Below the pieces are notes generated by a model. The model was not told the origin of the DNA. It saw only the letters and a list, made by a program, of their open reading frames with translations, and did no database searches. DNA of 64,000 nt. It comes from Botryllus schlosseri. Lineage: Eukaryota. Position 1 is the first letter of the stretch; each line of letters begins with the position of its first letter. Positions 52,670 through 64,000 of the stretch are shown here, piece after piece. The DNA is taken from the NCBI GenBank assembly GCA_051294905.1, contig CM119371.1:62001-126000 (forward strand), given 5' to 3'. The position numbers and the translations under genes are program-made.

Positions 52670-55600
52670 GTGAATACTACCAGTAACGACGTTGATGTTA
52701 AATCCTCATCCGTGGTTATTGTAAGTGAATCCTAAACATCGCAACAGTCGGTATGGAAATCGAGCGCGTGCGTACTTTTAGATAGGTGACACTAACAAGT
52801 TTATTACATCCGTGAAATAATCTGAAACGTCGATTCGTGATTGTGTTAGCTATATTCATCTTCCATATCTGTGGACACAAAGATATCTTGACTTTGGTTA
52901 CAACTCACTCGAAACGAATTGTCGCGGGCAATCTAAAAAAGCACAAGTCGAAGACGAATGATTTGATTTCAATAAACTAAAAAAGTCCTTTTGTTTTGAT
53001 GTTGTGTTTAATACAATTTGTACGACTATAACGAATCCGATTCCAAATGTGCTATGTTACATTTAACAAAAAGTTTGATGACTTGTATTCTGATATTGAT
53101 AGATGTGAAAAGTAATATGACTAGTTTATAAAATTCCGATCATGTTCTTTGTCATGTCTGTGTTCAACAAATATGTGATCAAATCTTACCATTCGATATT
53201 AACTTTCGCAGTCGGTGTAATTTGTTGAAGTAACAATACCGACGAGTTCAATAATATTCTCCATCGATGTATTCGAATAATCTGTCAGCTATAAGTGGAT
53301 TAAAAAACTTGATGCCGTTTTTGTGGTTAACTCAAGTCAGTAGTCGAGTTTGTGTTGATTTCAGGGATGATCATGACGTGTGGGTAGGGTAAATTAGTTT
53401 ATGTGGTTGTAACTACGACCGTAAAGAGTTGCTGACATTCCAATAAGACGAGTTGGTGGTATATGCCTAAAACAGAACTTGATATGTTTGTTGGTTGTAG
53501 TGATTACTTGCGTAGTCTTGTCTACTTTTCGTAAGGATACTTTTTGTTTTGGTTGGGTAAGTTACAAACGGATTGACTTGACAAGGTTTTTTTGTATTTT
53601 ACTCTTTTGTGTATGGGAAGATGTTGAAATGTTGAGACGTAATACTATTTCCGTTCACTCGATTGCAACAAAAAATAACCCGATAGTTTGTTCAAGGTTT
53701 CGACAAATAGATTGAAATATTCCGATTTAACTCATCGCGTCACAAGTCGATCGCGGTATGTACAAGTGTTTGTCAAGTTAGAAATATTTACAACAGGTGT
53801 TATTTCATTGATTGATTCTATTGTGTGTAGTAACACATTAAAATATCGCGATAGTATTTACTGAAACTCTATTTGACAAATGGAAAACTCAGTCGTGAAT
53901 ACAGTTGTAAGTTTCAAGGATTGTTTCAAAGTGTAATCTTGAAATGTGACTGGATCAAATTTGGTAGTCATGTTTGTCAAACCTATTTCTATTCACACTA
54001 TGTCAAGTCCAAATATTTCATTCTGGATTATTTGGATTCACCTTTCTCGCGAATGGATTCCGATACCGTACTATAACATTCTTAATAATACGGGTTCGAG
54101 GATTTTCATGATAGAGTTGACAAGTGATAAGATGCGTGTTTTTGTTAAGGGTTTGATTTCAAGTTGATAAAGACAATAACTGTGTAATGCACGTACTTGT
54201 GATTCTTGATTCTTGTAGAGTTATAGTTGTGAAAACAGCGGCGTGGGTGTGCGAATAATTCAATGTGGCTGAAAGTCGGCGTCAGTAATATTCGGGTTAC
54301 GCTCGATTCGACAGATCGCGTTAATAGGATTTGTCAAAGGATTTGAGTTGGGTCGAATCAATACATTCAAATACGATTCAACTTGATTTGTGTAGTGAGT
54401 TACATTTCAAGTTGACAAACTAACACATCGATTGAATATTTTCATGGATCTTATCACGCAACGAAAGTCAGCCACTTTTCGCGAGGTGTGAAACATATAG
54501 CGATCGCGGGCTAGTGACAAATTTTTGGTTTTCACGAATACAACCAGGATGAATTAATTTAAAATTCATGAGTTGCAGTGATATAATCAAGTAATTGAAT
54601 ACTAGATTTTTAACAATTGGTAATGTTGTGAATAATTCTTTTGAGTATGGTAAGATGTAAAAATATCTCTTTGACAAACGAAAAGCCAGACCGTGAATAG
54701 AGTTGTAATGTTTCATTACTTGTTTCAAATCAATGTGTGTATAATATCGAAACGGGACTGTGGGGAAGTTGGTAGTCATGTTTGTCAATCCTATTTCAAT
54801 GCGCACTACGCCAAAGTCGAAATAAGCGGTTTCGGATTAGGATTTTACAATTATTTCACACCTTTTTGAATAAGCGTCGACTTCACAGAGGATTAGGGTT
54901 GGGTCAGAAATAAGTGAAAATTTGTCGGTATTCGAATCACCGGCTACGCCGGCTCTGTGGTAAACTAATTACTAAAGTAACACCATGCGACTGATTCTTA
55001 GATTTAGCAAACTATTTCGCACTGAATGACATAGTGTAATAATCGATAGTAGCGGCTGGACGAGAAATAATTCAGCGCACAGGTCATTCGAAATATAGGT
55101 CGCACGCGTAATCCTCACAACAAACCACGTTTCCGTTTGCGCGGTTATTGTTGGTGACTCGTACATATTCAACACCACGCGAGAGATGTCTGAAAGTGCG
55201 AATCTCGACCGCACCCATAAGAACACATGGTGAATCACCACAGATCCCGTAAGAATACACGACAGACACGTTTATCGTCGTTAGCATGTCGCCGCACGTA
55301 TACCTAAAAACATTAGCATGCCACCACGAGTTTCGCGTTATCATGCGACCGCACCCATAAGACGAAACGTTAGCATGTCACCCCCGCCATAAGACGAAAA
55401 CGTTAGCATGCCACCCCCGCCGTAAGACGAAAACGTTAGCATGCCACCCCGCCATAAGACGAAAACGTTAGCATGCCACCCCCGGTTTTCGCGTTACCAT
55501 GCGACCCCGCCTATACTACCCCATGCAAAAATGTACGAATCGCGACCGATCTACTTAACTATTCTCGACAGATACGAATTGTCACACACTCAACTAATAT

Positions 55601-57039
55601 CATACCAAATAGTTATATACAACAACCAAGACACAGAAAATTTGTTTTGGCCGTTTCGATTTTACTACTGGAGGTACTCATCACTTCGCTTAATACAATC
55701 TAGATTTAAACCCCATCGAACCTTTGGTGTCTATCGTTTTGCTGGATACGAATTATGTTAGTCTAACAGTAAACAATTTTCACAATCTTGGGTTATGAAT
55801 TCAATGTGTTGGCGGTCGTTCATTATTTTGTTTGTATCAACTAGTTACTTTGTAGGGTATGAATGAGCACCCTCCCACAACTCTTACAAAAGTACGAAGG
55901 ATATTTACATCACACAAGTAGTCGACTTTACTTCATATCCTCACACTACGAAACCAAATGGTTGTTTAGACTCTACAAACTTTTTTACACGAATGGTCAC
56001 ACATCTAAATATTCAAATAATCCAACACACAACAATAATACTTACAGAAATATCATAGTTCTTGTAACAAAGGTGTTTATCGTAAGTCCTACACAGTCAT
56101 GATAACCGTCCGAGTTTGACTTTTAGAAAATATTATATCGATACATCTTTCAAAAACAAAACCGTGGTCACTGCTTGAGAGACCTGCCAATGATATCACA
56201 ATAATACAGTTACTTCCACAAAAAAAAAATATGTATTCGACTTACTTTCCACAAATCTAACACACAAAACAATTTACTTTGCTAGCGAAAAGTGCTGAGT
56301 CATCATATGATTGTCCTCACAACAATACAACTAAAACATACTATCATACAAAATGGTCGTTATAGTTTGCACCCCAACGATACATCGTAAAAGTAACAAG
56401 TTTCAAGAATCGAGTTATTGAAAAACGTGAAAGTGTTTCTCCTGTGTCAAGTCGTTATGTTGATGAAAGTGTATATTGTAATATCATGATCAATTTGCAT
56501 TCGTTGGTCACAAACTGTCACTACTCTAAATAATTATTTTTCACTCAAACACAACAGCATACTTGTCGCCATTCGTTTTCATCAAGCACGAGGTCAAGAA
56601 ACTTACTTACTACGACATGAATTGGTATTTTTATGTTGTGTAAATACGTAATAATTAATTTTAGTAACACTATATCAACATCATCGAGTTGTGCGAATAG
56701 ATTTTCATGTGGTCTTGCGGTTTTAATCGAAGCACACATCATGATCTAATGTAGAGTCGTCTCTATTGTATAGCAACTCGGTAATCGAAATGCATGCATT
56801 AACATTTAAACAGCGATCGTGTTTCGTCACGCGAAAAATATGTTCACTACCGCGATACTCTGCACAGGGCGTGCAAATCCTTTTCACACTCGTAATAGTA
56901 TACCAACGGCTACCGGCGACAACGTTTAACAATACCAACGACACTAAACATACGATACCTACCCAAGTAAAATTTCCATTTTCACCTGGAGGTCAGCCGT
57001 TACCTGACTAAAAATACCATTGTCCTTTGGAGATCTTTG

Positions 57040-57600
57040 GTTTACCTAGAGTGACAATACATTTCACTTGGCGATCTACCTTTTCCTACAGTAGCAATAA
57101 CCTTTCCGTTTGGAAATATATTTTTCCCTGAGTAGCAAACCATTTTCACTTGGCAATCTATATTTTCCCTGAGCAACAAACCATTTTCACTCGGCGATCC
57201 ATCGTTTACCTGATTAAAAATATCATTTTCCTTTGGAGATCTGACGTTTACCCAGAGTAAGAAACCATTTTCACTTGTAAATATATTTTTTCCTTGGCTA
57301 ACAAACCTTTTTTCACTTGGAAATATATTTTTTCCTTGGCTAACAAACCTTTTTCACTTGGAAATATATTTTTTCTCTGGTTAACAAACCTTTTTCACTT
57401 GGAAATATATTTTTTCTCTGGTTAACAAACCTTTTTCACTTGGAAATATATTTTTCCCTGGGTAACAAACCTTTTTTCCCTGAGCAACAAACCATTCTCA
57501 CTTGGTGGTCCGTCGTTTAGCCGAGTAAAAATATCATTTTCCTTTGGAGATCCGGCGTTTACCCAGTGTAACAAAACATTTTCACCTGGAAAAATACTTT
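57040..57600. repeat. ~41-bp minisatellite in the outer left arm
   Basis: Same unit as in the inner element; mirrored at ~61300-61860. Confidence 0.85.
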
Positions 57601-57609
57601 TACCTAGAG

Positions 57610-58897
57610 CAGTGGGTCCCAACGTGGGCGATATCGCCCCCCAGGGGGCGATTTGTCGGTCCTGGGGGGCGAAAATAGCCAAGGGGGCGATAGGGGGGCG
57701 AAAACGGACGAAGGGGGCGATTGGGGGGCGATGGCGCGTTGAAATGGCTATATTGGCGTCCATGGCCGTAACTGTCACACCCAAGCCCCCAATTGAGATG
57801 GGGGGCCCACAATTCTTTCGTGAATTAACATTAATTATAGAGTATTATTTTGGAAATTTAGGCAACTTTTTCAAAAAATTTTCGCGCTGCGCGCCATTTC
57901 GTGGACGCATATTTCTTGCCTATTGGATACCCTTCCTCCTAGAAATAATACGCATGAAGTATAGAAATGGGCATCTCGGCGTCAGCCATTATCACACCAT
58001 GACGCACCAAGACATATGAAGTTTCAGGCCATGTAACATGCGACTCCGAGAAAACCTTGGCGGAAAAAGACTGCCTTTATGCTGACCGACTTCGATATAT
58101 AGACATATATATTTAATTGTCCATAGGCGCCTAAATGGCTGGCGCCAAATGCTCCTGTTCTGTCCAATCAGAACCTCACAAATAAATGCCATACCGCAGA
58201 GAAAAATTAGTTACCAGTGCAGAAATGCCAGTTTGAAATCGAAATCGTGTGCGACTTTTAGTTTAGTACGTATGGGCGATTTGAATATCTTTTGACATAG
58301 CAGACTGGCCACGAAATGTCATGTCATATGTTCAATTATTATTTATGGGCCCTACATTTTCCAAGACACCTCACTCAGCTTTAACGGTAAATCTGAATAC
58401 ATGAGCAGAGAGAAGATAAAAAATTGACAGCAATATTTATGCAATTCCCGAGCATATTGACCGATTCAATCATGAATAATAGAAATTTTTCGCGCTTCGC
58501 GCGAATTAGGCCGACTAACTAAAGAGTCCAACAATTTGTGCTGAGAAGTAGCGGTAAAGAGGTATCGGGGGAGTTGGGTCTGCGGGGCGCAGAAGTTTGC
58601 TTTATAGCGCTATGGAGGGGGTCAAGACCAACGTATTGAGGGGGGCTGACGAAGTGCTGTTACGGTCCTTTGGGAATCAAGTCAGAGAAATCACCTTTTC
58701 TGTTAGTCAACTCACCAAAATTTAGCTGGAAAAGTGTAATTTCGAGGTCGAGCCGAAAAGTTGACCTTTTTTTCTTAGTCAACTCGCCGGTGATTTCAGT
58801 GTGTATGCCCATTTTTGTGTTCCCAATATTTGGGGGGCGATTATCGGTGTGGAGTTTGAAAAGGGGGCGATGAGTCGAAAAAGGTTGGGAACCACTG
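57610..58897 (-). mobile_element. Non-autonomous hAT (Charlie-like) element, copy 2
   Basis: TIR CAGTGGGTCCCAAC / GTTGGGAACCACTG; TSD ACCTAGAG; single-copy empty site in the right arm at ~61287; homolog of 7720-8991. Confidence 0.92.
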
Positions 58898-61299
58898 ACC
58901 TAGAGTAACTAATCATTTTCTCCTGGGTAACAATCCCTTTTCGTCTGGAAACTATCATTTAACTGAGTACCAATACCGTTTTCACTTGGAAATACATTTT
59001 TTCCCTGGGTAACAATACCATTTTCGTTTTGAAAACTGACAACCACGCCGGTCAATTTGATATTTTTGTATATTGTTACAACAAACAGTGACGGAAATAC
59101 ACACAGACAACCGGTTTCAGAGTATACCACATCGGTCGTATCACATCAATATCATCGGTTAACCACATACAACATGCTCTTGTACACTGAAATGCATGTT
59201 TTGGAAACTTGGACAATAGGCCTCAATAGTTCTGTGATGTCTGGGTTCGTGCTTTTGATTTTCCAGAGTCAAAATGTCTGAATAAAACACCTCCTCGACG
59301 ACGGTTGGTATGTGGATAACGGTGTTCGGAAAACGGTTGGATTTATGTCACCCATCGCGATAACAATTCCTGGTCGAGTTTTCCTCCGGCATGTTTGCTA
59401 TATTGTGTCTTTATTGGTCAATGTATGTCTCGACATTCAGTTTGAAATCGGAAATGATAAAGTATGTAACCGGATCCGGATATCAACTCTGAATCGATAA
59501 ACCAATGAACAATATTCAAAGTAAACATGTCACACCCTGTGTTTCCACGAAAAAAATACCATCCAGACATACGTCGCGCTTGTTTGCCCACACCAGTATA
59601 CGCGCAAATGGAGGTGTGTGACATTGCATGCAGTGTGTTGGTATACAAACATCGATCCACAGACATTATCATAGTCGGTAGTTTTGATGTAGATCGAATG
59701 TCACCCGATAACAATACCAATAAGCCACATTGCAATGACTCTGAGTCTGCGCTATTACATCGATATTTCGACACCGTTCACTGATTTATTCGATGGTGTT
59801 ATCGTGTTGTAACATTACAAGATAGTCATGACCCTATCTCCGGACAGACCACCCAGATCTATTGGATACATCGGTCAATATCCAGCGTGTTGTCGAGACC
59901 GAAGTTTTCTGCTGAGGCTACAGCGTTTGACCAATGTGAACTATCGAAGTACGGTGCTCGAAATGATTGCGATCAGTCTTTCACTAAATCACGATGCATG
60001 GATGTCGCTACTCCCACATAACGACTCCAGATAAATATCGCGAACAGTGATTCTGCAAATCTCGGACTGATACTGTGATCCAATAAGGTGTGTTTCTGTG
60101 AAGACTGCAATCGTACATCACAAATAGAACACTACCTCGTGATTTCACACACAATCATTAAACACGCCACCTTGAGGGTCCCATTCGTCCGGCCACATTT
60201 CGAAACGGTCATCGCCGCAAGAGATCGAGGTTGCGCTCGTCATATCGGTAACATTTTGAAACGACATCGTCACAAGGTCCAGGGAAAAGAAATGTATCGA
60301 TTTATCGGATTTGTACATATCCAACAAAAACCTGGGTATATGATTGTACACGGTTCGCATATTTGACTGTGATCACAATATTGGTATGTACTGTACATTT
60401 CACTTTCATCGCCGTGCGAATAACCCATGTTACGGTTCCGTGTTTGTGTGTCTGTATGTCATGCTTCAGATTGACTCAGAGTCATTGCAATGTGGCTTAT
60501 TGGTATTGTTATCGGGTGACATTCGATCTACATCAAAACTACCGACTATGATAATGTCTGTGGATCGATGTTTGTATACCAACACACTGCATGCAATGTC
60601 ACACACCTCCATTTGCGCGTATACTGGTGTGGGCAAACAAGCGCGACGTATGTCTGGATGGTATTTTTTCGTGGAAACACAGGGTGTGACATGTTTACTT
60701 ACTAGTTGATATCCGGATCCGGTTACATACTTTATCATTTCCGATTTCAAACTGAATGTCGAGACATACATTGACCAATAAAGACACAATATAGCAAACA
60801 TGCCGGAGGAAAACTCGACCAGGAATTGTTATCGCGATGGGTGACATAAATCCAACCGTTTTCCGAACACCGTTATCCACATACCAACCGTCGTCGAGGA
60901 GGTGTTTTATTCAGACATTTTGACTCTGGAAAATCCAAAGCACGAACCCAGACATCACAGAACTATTGAGGCCTATTGTCCAAGTTTCCAAAACATGCAT
61001 TTCAGTGTACAAGAGCATGTTGTATGTGGTTAACCGATGATATTGATGTGATACGACCGATGTGGTATACTCTGAAACCGGTTGTCTGTGTGTATTTCCG
61101 TCACTGTTTGTTGTAACAATATACAAAAATATCAAATTGACCGGCGTGGTTGTCAGTTTTCAAAACGAAAATGGTATTGTTACCCAGGGAAAAAATGTAT
61201 TTCCAAGTGAAAACGGTATTGGTACTCAGTTAAATGATAGTTTCCAGACGAAAAGGGATTGTTACCCAGGAGAAAATGATTAGTTACTCTAGGTAAAAG

Positions 61300-61860
61300 T
61301 ATTTTTCCAGGTGAAAATGTTTTGTTACACTGGGTAAACGCCGGATCTCCAAAGGAAAATGATATTTTTACTCGGCTAAACGACGGACCACCAAGTGAGA
61401 ATGGTTTGTTGCTCAGGGAAAAAAGGTTTGTTACCCAGGGAAAAATATATTTCCAAGTGAAAAAGGTTTGTTAACCAGAGAAAAAATATATTTCCAAGTG
61501 AAAAAGGTTTGTTAACCAGAGAAAAAATATATTTCCAAGTGAAAAAGGTTTGTTAGCCAAGGAAAAAATATATTTCCAAGTGAAAAAAGGTTTGTTAGCC
61601 AAGGAAAAAATATATTTACAAGTGAAAATGGTTTCTTACTCTGGGTAAACGTCAGATCTCCAAAGGAAAATGATATTTTTAATCAGGTAAACGATGGATC
61701 GCCGAGTGAAAATGGTTTGTTGCTCAGGGAAAATATAGATTGCCAAGTGAAAATGGTTTGCTACTCAGGGAAAAATATATTTCCAAACGGAAAGGTTATT
61801 GCTACTGTAGGAAAAGGTAGATCGCCAAGTGAAATGTATTGTCACTCTAGGTAAACCAAA
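61300..61860. repeat. ~41-bp minisatellite in the outer right arm
   Basis: Reverse complement of 57040-57600. Confidence 0.85.
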
Positions 61861-64000
61861 GATCTCCAAAGGACAATGGTATTTTTAGTCAGGTAACGGC
61901 TGACCTCCAGGTGAAAATGGAAATTTTACTTGGGTAGGTATCGTATGTTTAGTGTCGTTGGTATTGTTAAACGTTGTCGCCGGTAGCCGTTGGTATACTA
62001 TTACGAGTGTGAAAAGGATTTGCACGCCCTGTGCAGAGTATCGCGGTAGTGAACATATTTTTCGCGTGACGAAACACGATCGCTGTTTAAATGTTAATGC
62101 ATGCATTTCGATTACCGAGTTGCTATACAATAGAGACGACTCTACATTAGATCATGATGTGTGCTTCGATTAAAACCGCAAGACCACATGAAAATCTATT
62201 CGCACAACTCGATGATGTTGATATAGTGTTACTAAAATTAATTATTACGTATTTACACAACATAAAAATACCAATTCATGTCGTAGTAAGTAAGTTTCTT
62301 GACCTCGTGCTTGATGAAAACGAATGGCGACAAGTATGCTGTTGTGTTTGAGTGAAAAATAATTATTTAGAGTAGTGACAGTTTGTGACCAACGAATGCA
62401 AATTGATCATGATATTACAATATACACTTTCATCAACATAACGACTTGACACAGGAGAAACACTTTCACGTTTTTCAATAACTCGATTCTTGAAACTTGT
62501 TACTTTTACGATGTATCGTTGGGGTGCAAACTATAACGACCATTTTGTATGATAGTATGTTTTAGTTGTATTGTTGTGAGGACAATCATATGATGACTCA
62601 GCACTTTTCGCTAGCAAAGTAAATTGTTTTGTGTGTTAGATTTGTGGAAAGTAAGTCGAATACATATTTTTTTTTGTGGAAGTAACTGTATTATTGTGAT
62701 ATCATTGGCAGGTCTCTCAAGCAGTGACCATGGTTTTGTTTTTGAAAGATGTATCGATATAATATTTTCTAAAAGTCAAACTCGGACGGTTATCATGACT
62801 GTGTGGGACTTACGATAAACACCTTTGTTACAAGAACTATGATATTTCTGTAAGTATTATAGTTGTGTGTTGGATTATTTGAATATTTAGATGTGTGACC
62901 ATTCGTGTAAAAAAGTTTGTAGAGTCTAAACAACCATTTGGTTTCGTAGTGTAAGGATATGAAGTAAAGTCGACTACTTTGTGTGATGTAAATATCCTTC
63001 GTACTTTTGTAAGAGTTGTGGGAGGGTGCTCATTCATACCCTACAAAGTAACTAGTTGATACAAACAAAATAATGAATGACCGCCAACACATTGAATTCA
63101 TAACCCAAGATTGTGAAAATTGTTTACTGTTAGACTAACATAATTCGTATCCAGCAAAACGATAGACACCAAAGGTTCGATGGGGTTTAAATCTAGATTG
63201 TATTAAGCGAAGTGATGAGTACCTCCAGTAATAAAATCGAAACGGCCAAAACAAATTTTCTGTGTCTTGGTTGTTGTAAATAACTATTTGGTATGATATT
63301 AGTTGAGTGTGTGACAATTCGTATCTGTCGAGGCTGAATGCTTAACCATATCGAAATGAATCCAGAGCACATGAAGTATACATTGGTCACAATAGAATCG
63401 ATGAGAATGTTAACCACGTAGAGTGTGTTTGTTTAAAAATCATTTCCAATGCGGCTACTTCGATCGGTATTAATTCCATGTCATACAAAAAATATGAAAC
63501 CATTGTACAGTTTCGTTTTACGAGAATATTGAGTAAAGTTGATTATTTTTTGTGTCACGAAAATATCTTGTGTTGATATTGCACACTGGTTTCGTTACCC
63601 AAGTGAGTGAAAATTGTTTTCTACTGGACAGATATGATTTGTATTTAGAAAAAACGACCCACACCGATAAAGCGACGTTGTATAATATCCACTGAGTGCG
63701 TGAAATTGCCTTACGATTTGATTTAGCGAGTTAATTGTTGGTGATTCAATCACATACAAGTATATGGTCTTTTAGTGACTGAGTATTGTGACGACATTTA
63801 CTTTGACAAATGGCAATGGGAAAATTTCCAATTTCTCTGCTCGTGTGTGTTGCACAAATAGTACTAGTATGCATTCAGTGAACATCATACAAATTGACAA
63901 CGACTTTCATTAGTTTGGTTAGATGATGACAATTATTCCGCAGGTTCAAATCGATATCACTACTATGAACAACAATACAAACACATTTTTCTAGATTTCA

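Larger units (their letters stand above)
39466..55563. mobile_element. Inner giant palindromic non-autonomous Polinton/Maverick-like element (complete)
   Basis: Termini AGTAGTTAAGTAGATCGG / CCGATCTACTTAACTATT; 6-bp TSD CTCGAC (39460-39465, 55564-55569); empty site visible in the opposite outer arm at ~63327. Arms 39466-45796 and 46681-55563, spacer 45797-46680. Confidence 0.88.
35149..64000. mobile_element. Outer giant palindromic non-autonomous Polinton/Maverick-like element (right end beyond window)
   Basis: Starts AGTAGTTAAGTAGATCGG. Left arm 35149-39465 + 55570-59747, spacer 59748-60472; right arm 60473-64000 is the reverse complement back to 38792. Carries a protease pseudogene. Confidence 0.8.

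Noticed and set aside
57422..58019. GC-rich ORFs of 120-135 aa (also 8762-9167)
   Set aside because: They lie within the hAT MITE subterminal repeats and have no transposase motifs.
39466..64000. Palindromes as assembly or fold-back read artefacts
   Set aside because: Arms differ by SNPs, repeat-unit number and TSD-flanked insertions with matching empty sites; two diverged elements share the same axis and termini.

Overview
AT-rich eukaryotic (animal) genomic DNA; the invertebrate-type I-domain integrin suggests a tunicate/ascidian (inference). First half (1-33.1 kb): a + strand integrin alpha gene. I can assemble 25 phase-consistent GT-AG exons (~1190 aa; 5' end lies upstream of the window) covering the FG-GAP propeller, an alpha-I/vWA domain with intact MIDAS, thigh/calf domains, TM and tail. 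Its first visible exon joins the C-terminal end of a MAM-like domain in frame to propeller blade 2, an unusual architecture. The introns hold many non-autonomous hAT-type elements/MITEs and SINEs. Second half (35.1-64 kb): two related, nested giant foldback elements with Polinton/Maverick hallmarks (AGTAGT termini, a 6-bp TSD on the complete inner copy, a decayed adenain-type protease in the outer copy) but no recognisable polymerase, integrase or capsid. In each, nearly the whole element is inverted repeat (arms ~6.3-7 kb) around a homologous 0.7-0.9 kb spacer. The inner copy (39466-55563, TSD CTCGAC) sits in the left arm of the outer copy (35149 to beyond 64000). Single-arm insertions (P-like, hAT) argue these palindromes are real rather than assembly artefacts. 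All calls are by eye; no database searches were run.
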